Origin: Eledone cirrhosa
Taxonomy: Eukaryota
DNA length: 56,284 nt
Reading direction: 5' to 3'
Assembly (NCBI GenBank): GCA_964016885.1
Contig: CAXHJY010001679.1
Location: 1-56,284, forward strand
How positions within the stretch are numbered: the stretch's first letter is position 1; each line of letters opens with the position of its first letter. Made by a program: the position numbers and the translations under genes. This document shows, in pieces, positions 34,154-48,804 of the stretch. The notes beneath the pieces were generated by a model that searched no databases, was not told where the DNA came from, and saw only the letters and a list, made by a program, of their open reading frames with translations.

Positions 34154-34382
34154 AATTTCTCTATTTTCATTTATATATTTATATATGTATATATGTGTGT
34201 GCGTGTATGTGTGTGTGTGTGTTATATCAATTCTCACTGTGGTCAATTTCGTCTAACTTAATTTCATTGTGAAAAAGAATGTACCAGCTGTGCTCTGAGC
34301 TCAGCATTAACCTACTTCCCTACTAGCATTGCCCTCTGTCTATTGTAGGTGTGGTGGATAACAAAAAAGTAACTCATGATAT

Positions 34383-34642
<260 letters not shown>

Positions 34643-34950
34643 TCTACCTGGAGTTGTGACCGATAGATAGTATTAGCAATTGGAAAGACCAACGGAAACA
34701 TTGTTCCCTCGGTCCGATTTGACGAAAGTCGATCGATTAAGAATATATATATATGCAGATGTTATATTTAATTTGTTGGGATTCAAAAAGCTTAAATAAA
34801 CGGTTGTTTTTTTTCAATTTTTCCGACACCAATTTGCGTACTCACTCACAACTTTGTATCACCTTCAATTACCTCCACTATCCACCGAATTTCCACCGTT
34901 GAGGTTGTCTTTTTGCGGGTATGTCAATATTTATTTATAAAACAAATCTG

Positions 34951-35009
34951 TATTTTATCTGATGGAAGCGCACCATAATTTTCGCCCTTGAAATATATAT
35001 AATAAAATA
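34951..35009 (+). ncRNA. Decayed hammerhead (TATATA family)
   Basis: TATTTTAT-CTGATGG-...-GAAA-TATATA-TA-ATAAAATA; one core change and a weak stem II. Confidence 0.6.
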
Positions 35010-35256
35010 ATTATGGTTTTATAAATATAGTTTCCATTTATTAATATATTGTATATATATATATATATATATATTAATATATTGTATATATATATATATA
35101 TATATATTGTATATATATATATATATATATTAATATATTGTATATATATATATATATATATATATTGTATATATATATATATATATAAATAAATGTGTGT
35201 CTGTGTGTTGAGTAAAGTACTCAATACTGTGCACAGTATAAATATTAAATATAGAA

Positions 35257-35450
<194 letters not shown>

Positions 35451-35648
35451 CGAAGGAGTTGTGGTAAGGAACCAGATGGACTATAACGCACCAGAGTACT
35501 CAATATATATATATTAGAGTTAAACAAGATTCAATGAGTTTTACAGTAGATTGGAAGCCCTCTACAGCAAAATATTTTCCAAAATATTTTAATATATATA
35601 TATATTTATATATATATATTTATATATATATATATTTATATATATATT

Positions 35649-35679
<31 letters not shown>

Positions 35680-35827
35680 ATTTATATATATATTTATATA
35701 TATATATATATTTATATATAACGAAGGAAATGTGGTAAGGAACTAGGTGGACCATAATGCACCAAAGTACTCAATACTTAGGGTAGTAGAGTGGGTAATA
35801 GGAACCAGTAAGACTGGTTCCTATATT

Positions 35828-35981
<154 letters not shown>

Positions 35982-36321
35982 GATAAATCTACCAAGAGTT
36001 TACGGTAGTGTCCAATCCGTATGAAGAACTCAATGTAATCCGGATATCATGGAAAGAAGAGATGCAATGAAAAATCACTTTCGGTGAAAGATAAACGGTA
36101 TACAGAGTCAAGATAAAATATTAAAAAAATAATGAATAAAACAATGAAACAGTTCCTTATATTAAACAAAAAAAGTTCATTATTTAACGATCGTTTCTGG
36201 GATATATATGCGTTAGAATTGGCATGTATATTTAACAGATCTATGTACAAAATTATACAAAATTATACAAACTATCAAAATTAAATATACATACCAACTC
36301 ATATATATGCCGTCTTCAGAA

Positions 36322-36367
<46 letters not shown>

Positions 36368-36380
36368 GTATATATATATT

Positions 36381-36415
<35 letters not shown>

Positions 36416-36416
36416 G

Positions 36417-36491
<75 letters not shown>

Positions 36492-36639
36492 ATGTATATA
36501 TGTATGTATATATATAATCAACATCGTTTAACGTCCACCTTCCCTGCTGTCAAGGATTGAACGGATCTACATAGCTGAAGTCATTTCTGAAGCAGGGGTC
36601 AATGACCTCGCAGATAAGTCTACAACTCGCTCACTGTAC

Positions 36640-36891
36640 ATATATATATATGTGTGTGTGTATGTGTGTGTATATGTATGCGTGTGTGTGTGTATGTATG
36701 TGTGTGTGTATGTATTTGTGTGTGTGTGTGTGTGTATGTATTTGTGTGTGTGTATGTATGAGTGTGTGTATGTATGTATGTGTGTGTGTGTATATGTATG
36801 TGTGTGTGTATGTATTTGTGTGTATATGTATGTGTGTGTGTGTATGTATTTGTGTGTGTGTGTGTATATGTATGTGTGTGTGTGTATGTAT

Positions 36892-36923
<32 letters not shown>

Positions 36924-37236
36924 ATGTATGTGTGTGTGTATATACGTATGTGTGTGTGTATGTATGTATATGTATGTGCGTGTGTGTGTGTATGTATGTG
37001 TATATACGTATGTGTGTGTGTGTATGTATGTATATACGTGTGTATATGTATGTATATGTATATACGCGTGTGTGTGTGTGTGTATGTATGTATGTATATG
37101 TATATACGTGTGTGTGTGTGTGTATATGTATGTAAATGTATATATATATATGTATATATATATGTGTGTATCTGTGTATATGTATATACGTATATATATG
37201 TATATATATATGTATGTATATATGTATATATATATG

Positions 37237-37272
<36 letters not shown>

Positions 37273-37425
37273 GTATATATATATAGTATATATATATAGT
37301 ATATATATATATAGTATATATATATATAGTATATATATATATAGTATATATATATATATATATAGTATATATATATATATAGTATATATATAGTATATAT
37401 ATATATATATATATAGTATATATAG
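36640..37425. repeat. (TG)n/(TA)n/TATAG compound microsatellite
   Basis: Direct reading. Confidence 0.95.
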
Positions 37426-37726
37426 ATTTTGAGTTTATGTTGGTTGTATACCAACACCTCAGTATGCAGGCTGGAGCACTCGACGAAGTGCGTAGGTTGG
37501 TTTGGTTACTCCGGAGTAGTGTAAAATAAAGTTAAATAAAAGTCAAATGATTAAAATTTAGCTTCGTTTATTACTGCTATATATATTATGACTATTACTG
37601 CTATATATATTATGACTCCAGTTCCTCAGTGAAATAACAACCCAACAAGGAACTGGGCATATCAGAGTATTGACAATATTATACACCTAAACAACATATG
37701 TACTTGTCTATACCATACTAATTCAA

Positions 37727-37781
37727 ACTGCCTGAAGAGGTCACAGCCAAAGATGGCTGTCACTGAAATATATATAGCAGT
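37727..37781 (+). ncRNA. Intact minimal hammerhead ribozyme with a GC-rich stem II
   Basis: ACTGC-CTGAAGA-GGTCACAGCCA aaga TGGCTGTCACT-GAAA-TATATA-TA-GCAGT; all core nucleotides and stems are present. Confidence 0.88.
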
Positions 37782-37830
37782 AATAAACGAAGCTAAATTT
37801 TAATCATTTGACTTTTATTTAACTTTATTT

Positions 37831-40800
37831 TATATAGTATATATATATATATAGTATATATATATATATATAGTATACATAGTATATATAGTATATATAT
37901 ATATATATAGTATATATATATATAGTATACATAGTATATATAGTATATATATAGTATATATATATATATATATAGTATACATGTATATATAGTATATATA
38001 TATATATATATATATGGTATATATATATATATATAGTATATATATATATATATATATATAGTATATATATATATATAGTATATATATAGTATATATATAT
38101 ATATATATAGTATATATATATATATATAGTATATATTTATATATATAGTATATATATATATATAGTATACATAGTATATATATATATATATAGTATACAT
38201 AGTATATATAGTATATATATATATATAGTATTCATAGTATATATAGTATATATATATATATATAGTATACATAGTATATATAGTATATATATATATATAG
38301 TATTCATAGTATATATATATATATATAGTATATATATATATAGTATATATATATAGTATATATATATATATATATAGTATATATATATAGTATATATATA
38401 TATATAGTATATATATATAGTATATATATATAGTATATATATATATATATAGTATATATATAGTATATATATATATAGTATATATATATATAGTATATAT
38501 ATATATATAGTATATATATATATATAGTATATATATATATAGTATATATATATATATATAGTATATATATATATATATAGTATATATATATATATATATA
38601 GTATATATATATATATAGTATATATATAGTATATATATATATATAGTATATATATATAGTATATATATATAGTATATATATATAGTATATATATTTATAT
38701 ATATAGATATATAGTATATATATATATATAGTATATATATATAGTATATATATTTATATATATAGATATATAGTATATATATATAGTATATATATATATA
38801 GTATATATATATAGTATATATATATAGTATATATATTGTATATATATATATAGTACATATATAGTATATATATATATATAGTATATATATATAGTATATA
38901 TATATATAGTATATATATATATATATATAGTATATATGTATATATATATATATATATATTGTATATATGTATATATATATATATATAGTATATATATAGT
39001 ATATATATATATATAGTATATATATAGTATGTATATATATATATATATATATATATAGTATGTATATATATATATATATATATATATAGTATGTATATAT
39101 ATATATATATATACTATATATATAGATATAGTATATATATATAGTATATAGATATAGTATATATATATAGTATATAGATATAGTATATATATATAGTATA
39201 TATATATAGTATATAGATATAGTATATATATATAGTATATATATATAGTATATAGATATAGTATATATATATAGTATATATATATAGTATATATATATAG
39301 TATATATATATAGTATATATATATAGTATATATATATAGTATATAGATATAGTATATAGATATAGTATATATATATAGTATATATATATAGTATATATAT
39401 ATAGTATATATATATAGTATATAGATATAGTATATAGATATAGTATATAGATATAGTATATATATATAGTATATATATATAGTATATATATATAGTATAT
39501 AGTATATATATATAGTATATATATATAGTATATATATATAGTATATATATATAGTATATATATATAGTATATATATATAGTATATATATATAGTATATAT
39601 ATATAGTATATATATATAGTATATATTTATAGTATATATTTATAGTATATATATATAGTATATATATATAGTATATATATATAGTATATATATATAGTAT
39701 ATATATATAGTATATATATATAGTATATATATATAGTATATATATATAGTATATATATATAGTATATATATATATAGTATATATATATATAGTATATATA
39801 TATAGTATATATATATATAGTATATATATATATAGTATATAAATATATAGTATATATATATAGTATATATATATATAGTATATATATATAGTATATATAT
39901 ATATAGTATATATATATATAGTATATATATATAGTATATATATATATAGTATATATATATATAGTATATATATATATAGTATATATATATAGTATATATA
40001 TATAGTATATATATATATAGTATATATATATAGTATATATATATATAGTATATATATATAGTATATATATATATAGTATATATATATATAGTATATATAT
40101 ATATAGTATATATATATATAGTATATATATATATAGTATATATATATATAGTATATATATATATAGTATATATATATATAGTATATATATATATAGTATA
40201 TATATATATAGTATATATATATATAGTATATATATATAGTATATATATATAGTATATATATATATATAGTATATATATATATAGTATATATATATAGTAT
40301 ATATATATAGTATATATATATATAGTATATATATATAGTATATATATATAGTATATATATATAGTATATATATATAGTATATATATATATAGTATATATA
40401 TATATATATATAGTATATATATATATAGTATATATATATAGTATATATATATATATAGTATATATATATATATAGTATATATATATATATATAGTATATA
40501 TATATAGTGTATATATATATAGTGTATATATATATAGTATATATATATAGTATATATATATAGTATATATATATAGTATATATATATATATAGTATATAT
40601 ATATATATAGTATATATATATAGTATATATATATATAGTATAGTATATATATATATATATAGTATATATATGTATAGTATAGTATATATATATATATATA
40701 TATAGTATATATATATATAGTATATATATATATATATATAGTATATATATATATATATATAGTATATATATATATATATAGTATATATATATATATATAT

Positions 40801-41758
40801 AGTATATATATATATATAGTATATATATATATATAGTATATATATATATATAGTATATATATATATATAGTATATATATATATAGTATATATATATATAG
40901 TATATATAAAGTATGTATATATAGTATAGTATATATGTATATATAGTATAGTATATATATATATATAGTATATATATAGTATAGTATATATGTATAGTAT
41001 ATATGTATAGTATAGTATATATGTATAGTATAGTATAGTATATATATATATATATATAGTATATATATAGTATAGTATGTATAGTATATATAGTATAGTA
41101 TATATGTATAGTATATTATATATATATAGTATATATGTATAGTATATATAGTATAGTATATATATATAGTATAGTATATATATATAGTATAGTATATATA
41201 TATAGTATATATGTATAGTATATTATATATATATAGTATATATGTATAGTATAGTATATATAGTATAGTATAGTATATATAGTATAGTATATATATATAG
41301 TATAGTATATATATATAGTATATATATAGTATAGTATATATATATATAGTATAGTATATATATATATAGTATATATATATAGTATAGTATATGTATATAT
41401 ATAGTATAGTATATATAGTATAGTATATATCTATATAGTATATATAGTATATATATGTATAGTATATATATAGTATAGTATATATATAGTATAGTATATA
41501 TATAGTATAGTATATATATAGTATAGTATATATATTGTATAGTATATATATTGTATAGTATATATATTGTATAGTATATATATTGTATAGTATATATATA
41601 GTATAGTATATATATAGTATAGTATATATATAGTATAGTATATATATAGTATAGTATATATATATATAGTATATATAATATAGTATATATATATAGTATA
41701 TATATAGTATAGTATATATATATATAGTATAGTATATAGATATAGTATATATATATAA
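37831..41758. repeat. (TA)nG-type (TATATATAG) microsatellite field
   Basis: Direct reading; the 1369-aa ORF is an artefact. Confidence 0.98.
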
Positions 41759-41768
41759 ATGAATGAAA

Positions 41769-41823
<55 letters not shown>

Positions 41824-42109
41824 ACACTGTGCAGTACCATATTTCCACAGAAACAAACGCATCCTTGCTACTTCGATGGGATTTTGGGATATTTCGCATC
41901 AACGTGACATGGAGATCTTCTCAAAATGGTGCTAGATATGTTCTACCTTATTAGATAGAACATCGTGTGTGTGTGTGTGTGTGTATGTCTGTGTGTATAG
42001 ACATATATATATATATATATATACGTTATTCCGGGTTGAATCGGAGGTAACCACAGTAAGTATGGTACTCAATACATAGCAGAGTATAACAGTTTTAATA
42101 TAGATGAGA

Positions 42110-42154
42110 TTCTACAGGACTAGAACTGTTTCATTCATTAGAAATCATCAGGAA
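42110..42154 (-). ncRNA. Hammerhead ribozyme (TTC/GAA family)
   Basis: Reverse complement: TTC-CTGATGA-TTTC taat GAAT-GAAA-CAG ttctagtc CTG-TA-GAA. Confidence 0.75.
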
Positions 42155-42249
42155 TACATACGTAGGTCCCGGGTTGAGTCGGGGATAACCACAGTAAGTA
42201 AGGTACTCAATACATGGCAGAGTACACATTTTTTATTTCATAGAACGAG

Positions 42250-42296
42250 CTTCTACAGGACTAGTACTGTTTCATTCAGATGAAATCTTCAGGAAG
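42250..42296 (-). ncRNA. Hammerhead ribozyme (TTC/GAA family), left arm of a palindrome
   Basis: Reverse complement: CTTC-CTGAAGA-TTTC atct GAAT-GAAA-CAG tactagtc CTG-TA-GAAG. Confidence 0.75.
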
Positions 42297-42343
42297 CTCC
42301 TGAAGATTTCATCTGAATGAAACTGTACTAGTCCCGTAGAAGC
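42297..42343 (+). ncRNA. Hammerhead ribozyme (TTC/GAA family), right arm of a palindrome, slightly decayed
   Basis: CTGAAGA-TTTC atct GAAT-GAAA-CTG tactagtc CCG-TA-GAAG. Confidence 0.65.
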
Positions 42344-42496
42344 TCCTTCTATAAACTAAAATATATATATATATATATATATATGCAGAGGTTATATTTA
42401 ATTTGTTGGGATACAACAAGCTTAAAAATATTTTTATAACTGATATAAAGCACTCAACAGTTTATTGGAGTAAATATACAATATATTAACAAATGG

Positions 42497-42528
<32 letters not shown>

Positions 42529-42600
42529 ATAGACGTGTGTATGTGTATCTACTATACACTGATACACTTTCGCACAGCACATACATACATTTAATATACT

Positions 42601-42601
<1 letters not shown>

Positions 42602-42638
<37 letters not shown>

Positions 42639-43115
42639 GTATGTATATGTATGTATGTATATGTATATATGTATGTATGTATCTATATATATATGTATGT
42701 ATATATATGTATATATGTATATATATGTATGTATATATATATATGTATGTATATTATGTATATGTATATATATATATATATGTGTGTACGTATTATATAT
42801 ATACATGTGTGTATATATATATATATATGTGTGTGTGTGCGTATTATATATATACGTGTGTGTATATGTATATATGTATATGTATATATATGTATATGTA
42901 TGTATATGTATATATATGTATGTATATGTATATATATGTATGTATGTATGTATATATATATGTATGTATATATATATGTATGTATATATATATGTATGTA
43001 TATTTATATATGTATGTATATATATATGTATGTATATTTATATATGTATGTATATTTATATATGTATGTATATTTATATGTATGTATATGTATGTATATA
43101 TATATGTATGCATAC

Positions 43116-43162
<47 letters not shown>

Positions 43163-43295
43163 CATATGTTTGTATATGTATGTATGTATATATATATATG
43201 TAGATATATATGTATATATATATATGTAGATATATATGTATGTATATATATATGTGATGTGTGTGTGCGTATTATATATATATATGTATATATAC
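42602..43295. repeat. (TA)/(TATG) compound microsatellite
   Basis: Direct reading. Confidence 0.95.
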
Positions 43296-43577
43296 CTGTG
43301 GGTGTGTAATGCGCAGGCGGTTGTCAGCTAGCAACGCACGAGGGAGATAGATAGAGACAGAGAGAGAGAGAGATAGTGTGTGTGTGCGTGAGAGAAAGAG
43401 AGAGAGAGAGAGAGAGTTAGGTTGCAGTGTCAATGACTTCTTTTACAAGAGTACATTTTTCTGCGATGCTGGATAAATCGATCGATCGTATCAATATAAA
43501 CGAAACCGGGGCGAAACGAAACCGGGTCACTGAATTACCATACACATACGTACATATTTAGTTACAAACACACACAC

Positions 43578-43631
<54 letters not shown>

Positions 43632-43644
43632 TTAATATAGATGA

Positions 43645-43693
43645 GATTCTACAGGACTAGAACTGTTTCATTCTTTAGAAATCATCAGGAATC
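43645..43693 (-). ncRNA. Hammerhead ribozyme (TTC/GAA family)
   Basis: Reverse complement: AGATTC-CTGATGA-TTTC taaa GAAT-GAAA-CAG ttctagtc CTG-TA-GAATCT. Confidence 0.78.
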
Positions 43694-43911
43694 TGGGTAT
43701 CAAAAAATAAATATGGTATTTATAGGTCTCTTCAGGTGGTAGGAGAGAGTGGGATGGGTGTAGGTCATTGGTTGATAGAAAAGGGAATTCATTAAAAGCT
43801 AATTCTTCAAAGCTGTAGTTTATATTTAGAGTGTGTATATATATATATATATATAGGAGAAAGTATGACCCTGACGGCAGAGCTCAAGCCGTTTCGACTG
43901 CTATTTCTGGA

Positions 43912-43968
<57 letters not shown>

Positions 43969-44183
43969 AACGCATATACATACATGTACAGGGTCCTAGA
44001 ATTATAACAGTCATACATAATATATATATTATACAGACATACATGGAGTTCTGTCTGTCGTCTGTATATTTATTTTCAAAAGGTTTCCCCTTAAAAAATC
44101 ATTTTTCGTTTCGTTTTGTTTTGTTCTCTATCGTTGTCTTGTCCGCTCTTCGTGAATTTTCTTAACTTTATATACAGTATATG

Positions 44184-44274
<91 letters not shown>

Positions 44275-44279
<5 letters not shown>

Positions 44280-44360
44280 AACCAGTAAGACCCCGACAGC
44301 TGAGCTCAAGCCGTTTCGAAACGGCTTGAGCTCAGCTGTCGGGGTCTTACTGGTTCCTAT
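44275..44360. repeat. Perfect palindrome centred on TTTCGAAA, made of two back-to-back hammerhead 3' halves
   Basis: ATAGGAACCAGTAAGACCCCGACAGCTGAGCTCAAGCCGTTTC followed by its exact reverse complement. Confidence 0.85.
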
Positions 44361-44436
44361 TACCCACTCTACTACCTCAAGTATTGAGTACTTTGGTGTG
44401 TTATGGTCCACCTGGTTCCTTACCACATTTCCTTCG

Positions 44437-44497
<61 letters not shown>

Positions 44498-44789
44498 TAC
44501 ACAGATTCTATTACATATTACAGTTTGGGATTGGTGGTGCTTAAGTATATATACTGTACACTGTACAAGACAAACAGACAGACAGATAGATATATAGACA
44601 GATAGATAGATAGTTGTGTAGTTATGTAACAAGTATATCGTTATTACTAGAAGAGAGCAACGACTTCTCTAATCCACTGGCGTTCCTTTCTCTATCTCTC
44701 TATCTCGACAAATCTGTCGCTTGGTGCTCCCCTTCTCTCTCTATATATAAAATGTGAGCGTGCTGGACGGACGAATAGACAGCGTTCTT

Positions 44790-44975
44790 ATAATTGTTTC
44801 TACTTTAGGCACAAGGCCAGCAATTACCCAGTGCATTACTGGTACTTTATTTTATCGACCCCGTAAGGATGAAAGGCAAAGTCAACCTCGGCGGGATTTG
44901 AACTCAGATCGTAAAGGGACGTAACTATGCTGGAAAGCATGGCGTCCGACACTCTATCGATACTGCCAATCCACC
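44790..44975 (-). mobile_element. Full-length SINE, family A
   Basis: Reverse complement of the 33965-34153 type, including the tRNA-like head. Confidence 0.85.
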
Positions 44976-45157
44976 TGGCTGGTCCACCGTCGCCTAAAAT
45001 GACGGCTAATTGTAATATGTGTATGCATATGTATCGCTACACACACGCACACACACACACACGTACACACGCACACACACACACACACAAGCACACACAC
45101 ACACACACACGCACACAGACACACACACGTACACACGCACACACACACGCACGTACA

Positions 45158-45210
<53 letters not shown>

Positions 45211-45373
45211 GTGACGAATCTTTGAACGCTGGACTTCTATAGTTACTCAGCCCACCCTTTCCTCAGTCATCACATAGATGTGTGTGTATGTAATAATTTT
45301 TTTCTAAGCGTGTCTGTTTATATATATACCAATGATATTAACAAATGGAAAGTATATTTATAAAACCATATTT

Positions 45374-45433
45374 AATCTATTATATATATTTCAAGGGTAC
45401 CAAAACTTTGGTACGCTCTCATCAGATAAAATA
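45374..45433 (-). ncRNA. Hammerhead ribozyme (TATATA family) in an inverted pseudo-LTR pair spanning ~45330-45645
   Basis: Reverse complement: TATTTTAT-CTGATGA-GAGCGTACCAAA gt TTTGGTACCCTT-GAAA-TATATA-TA-ATAGA; the partner arm begins mid-stem II at ~45501. Confidence 0.8.
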
Positions 45434-46209
45434 CAAGTCTTGTTTTATAAATATTGACATATCCAGGAATGAGACCTTAACGGTTCAAGTTTTACCTGGA
45501 TACCCTTGAAATATATATAATAGAATAAATATGGTTTTATAAATATAGTTTCCATTTATTAATATCATTGATATTATACTCCAGAAAAACTTGTCGAGTG
45601 CTTCGAATCTGTTATAAATATATATATATTTGTTGAATTACCACCAGGTACTTCACAACAAACCACTTTAAGAACAGGTTAACACAGAGACACACACAAA
45701 AGCTCTCTATAGACAGGTGACCACTATAGCTGGGTGGGACAGTCTATTATATCTATTATATTTCTTAAATTTAATAGTTTATTGGAACAGCTAATGTGTG
45801 GGAGGCCACTATCGGGTGGACGTCACATCTTTCGGGTGAACAATGATAAGTAACAAATCTTAACATCTTTATTATCCATTTTATTGAATTAATGTTTTCA
45901 ATTTAAAGCTTCAAATTTTTGCATTATATTTATCTCTCTCTGTATAAATGATTAGAGACTTTGTGTGTAAGGACACACACCATTTAATAAGTATGTTCGT
46001 TGTTGGAGTATTAATGTGGCAATACGTCTCTGGTCTGGTCTACTCCTATTTTTAGTAGTGCCACATCACCTAACTTATGTTATTTATCTGAGCATTAATT
46101 TATTGATTTCGCTTCGTCGAGTGCTTCGTGGCAGCCTCCAAAACATGGATTCCGAACCTGCTACTCGCAGATGCAACTTCGGTTATACGCTATATTATTA
46201 TTATTAGTA

Positions 46210-46492
46210 GTACCAGTAATACACTGGGAAAACTGCTGGCCTTGTGCCAAAAGTAGAAACAAACAATTATTATTGGTGGATTGGCAGTATCGGTAGAGGG
46301 TTGGACACCATGCTTTGACGCCATAGAGTTACGGCTCTTTATGGTCTGAGTTCAAATCCTGTCGAGGTTAACTTTGCCTTTCATCATTACGGGGGTCGAT
46401 AAAATAAAGTACCAGTTACGCACTGGGGTCGATTTAATTGGCTTTCCCCTCACCCAAAATTGCTAGCCTTGTGCCTATATAAGAAACAATTA
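46210..46492 (+). mobile_element. SINE family A: a 3' fragment followed by a full copy
   Basis: GGTGGATTGGCAGTATCGGTAG head at 46275, GAGTTCAAATCC B-box, family A tail. Confidence 0.82.
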
Positions 46493-46699
46493 TATATAAG
46501 AGTAAATGGTAAAGAGCCCCTTCGGTTATTAATGATCATGGGGTTTGTACCTAGGGGCACAAGTCCGGTAATGGTTGTTTGTAGAAGACCAGTAGTCGCC
46601 CATGTATACTAGTGTCCACGCAGCCAACGTTGTCCAAGAGAAAGGCAATGGACGATAAGAGATTGGCACCAGTTCTAGTCCACTAGAGACCATTTATAT

Positions 46700-46787
46700 A
46701 GGTGTGTGTGGTGTGTATATATACATATGTGTGTATATATATATGTGTGTATATATATATTTATATATGTGTAGGTGTGTATATATA

Positions 46788-46819
<32 letters not shown>

Positions 46820-46855
46820 CGTAGGTGTGTATATATATATGTGTGTATATATATA

Positions 46856-46888
<33 letters not shown>

Positions 46889-47003
46889 GTAGGTGTGTAT
46901 ATATATGTGTGTGTGTGTGTATATATATATATATACGTAGGTGTGTATATATATATGTGCGTGTGTATATATATATATATATATATGTAGGTGTGTATAT
47001 ATA

Positions 47004-47035
<32 letters not shown>

Positions 47036-47264
47036 CGTAGGTGTGTATATATATATGTGCGTGTGTATATATATATATATATATATATAGGTGTGTATAT
47101 ATATATATGTGCGTGTGTATATATATATATATGTAGGTATGTATGTATGTATGTATATATGTATATGTATGTATGTATGTATGTATGTATATATGTATAT
47201 GTATGTATGTATGTACACATGAGCGATATGTAAGCAGAAAGGCAAATTATGAATTCTGAATGCG

Positions 47265-47305
<41 letters not shown>
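46700..47305. repeat. (TG)/(TA) compound microsatellite with a recurring GTAGGTGTG motif
   Basis: Direct reading. Confidence 0.9.
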
Positions 47306-47307
<2 letters not shown>

Positions 47308-47392
47308 GTTATGAAACGAAAGGAGCTGTGTGGTTACTAAAAACGGGGTTTAGAACGGAACAGGAGGAGAAAGGAAGAAAGGAGTTTCCATC

Positions 47393-47433
<41 letters not shown>

Positions 47434-47663
47434 CATACATTTATACATGCATTATTTAGCCTCTTGGTTCTCTATATATTCCCATGATAAACAGTAAGTA
47501 GTACTAACCCTACTCCCCCCCCCCCCTCCGTCGTCTGATGATAAATTACGTGTGTTTATATAGCTGACATTGTACGAGCTCTTTTCACGCTTATTGCTAA
47601 GAGTACAAATATACCTACCACACACAATATATATATATATATATATAGTTTTAATATAGATGA

Positions 47664-47712
47664 GATTCTACAGGACTAGAACTGTTTCATTCATTTGAAA
47701 TCATCAGGAATC
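47664..47712 (-). ncRNA. Hammerhead ribozyme (TTC/GAA family)
   Basis: Reverse complement: AGATTC-CTGATGA-TTTC aaat GAAT-GAAA-CAG ttctagtc CTG-TA-GAATCT; flanking 47648-47820 is shared with 43629-43795. Confidence 0.78.
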
Positions 47713-47855
47713 TGGGTATCAAAAAATAAATATGGTATTTATAGGTCTCTACAAGTGGTAGTTGAGGGTGGGGAGTGGGATGGGTGCAGGTCATTGGTTG
47801 ATAGAAAAGGGAATTCATTATATATATATATATATATATACATGTATATATATGT

Positions 47856-47898
<43 letters not shown>

Positions 47899-47906
47899 AT
47901 ATATGT

Positions 47907-47945
<39 letters not shown>

Positions 47946-47961
47946 ATATATGTATATATAT

Positions 47962-48720
47962 TTCACCGGTCCGTTCGTCCAGCGTCCAACAACGCTGTCG
48001 GAAGTCATTGCTTTGCCTCTCCACGTACCGAGTTGCAAACCGATAGACTGTCCGGGTTTAGTTTTGCCCCCGTCAGCGTTTCGTATTTTTTCAGTAAGTT
48101 GCCGATCACCCCGATTTCCGAGGTGCTCGACACCATTACCGTCATGTCGTCTGCATAAGCCGACGACGCTTTGCGCAGTCCCGGCTCTAGAGGGATGCCC
48201 TGCAACAGCTCCAATTTCCGCAGTAGTGGCTCTAGAGTCAATACATACAGAATGGAGGAGAGAGGGCATCCCTGTCGAATGGAACGCGTGATTGCGAACG
48301 GCTCCGATAGGTAGCCGTTCACCTTGATCCTCGATCAGATGCTGGTGTGCATCGCCTCGATCCAGCCTCTGAAAACAGCACCGAAACCGGCCGCCTTGAG
48401 AACCGCTTCCAAGTATCGATGGTCGACCCTATCGAATGCCTTAGACTGATCTAAATTGATCAGAGCCCCACCGAAGCCGGGTTTACTACCCACCCTCTCT
48501 ATGATGTATCGCATGACGTGGAGGTTGTCGTGTATGGACCTGGTCGGGATTGCACACGTTTGCGCTTTCCCTACCAAGTTCTCGACGACAAGCGCCAACC
48601 TCGTCTCTAGCACCTTGGCCAAAATCTTTAACTCTGTGTTGAGCAGAATTATGGGCCTGAAGTTGTTAATTTCGTCCCCCTTGTTCTCGTCTTTCCTGAT
48701 CAGCATTACTACGCCCTTGC
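47962..48720 (-). pseudogene. Tx1/L1-clade LINE reverse transcriptase fragment
   Basis: [59 protein letters not shown]; one in-frame stop at 48335 and a later frameshift; higher GC than the surroundings. Confidence 0.9.
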
Positions 48721-48804
48721 CTGCAGAACTGGGAATTGTGACGTTCTGCTGCCAAATAATAACACGACCATAGTAGTTATGTAGATTAGAAACTAAATAA
48801 TATA

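Noticed and set aside
37793-41902. 1369-aa minus-strand ORF
   Set aside because: Translation of the TATAG microsatellite
47531-47580. CTGATGA motif as a hammerhead
   Set aside because: No GAAA after the putative stem II; insufficient support
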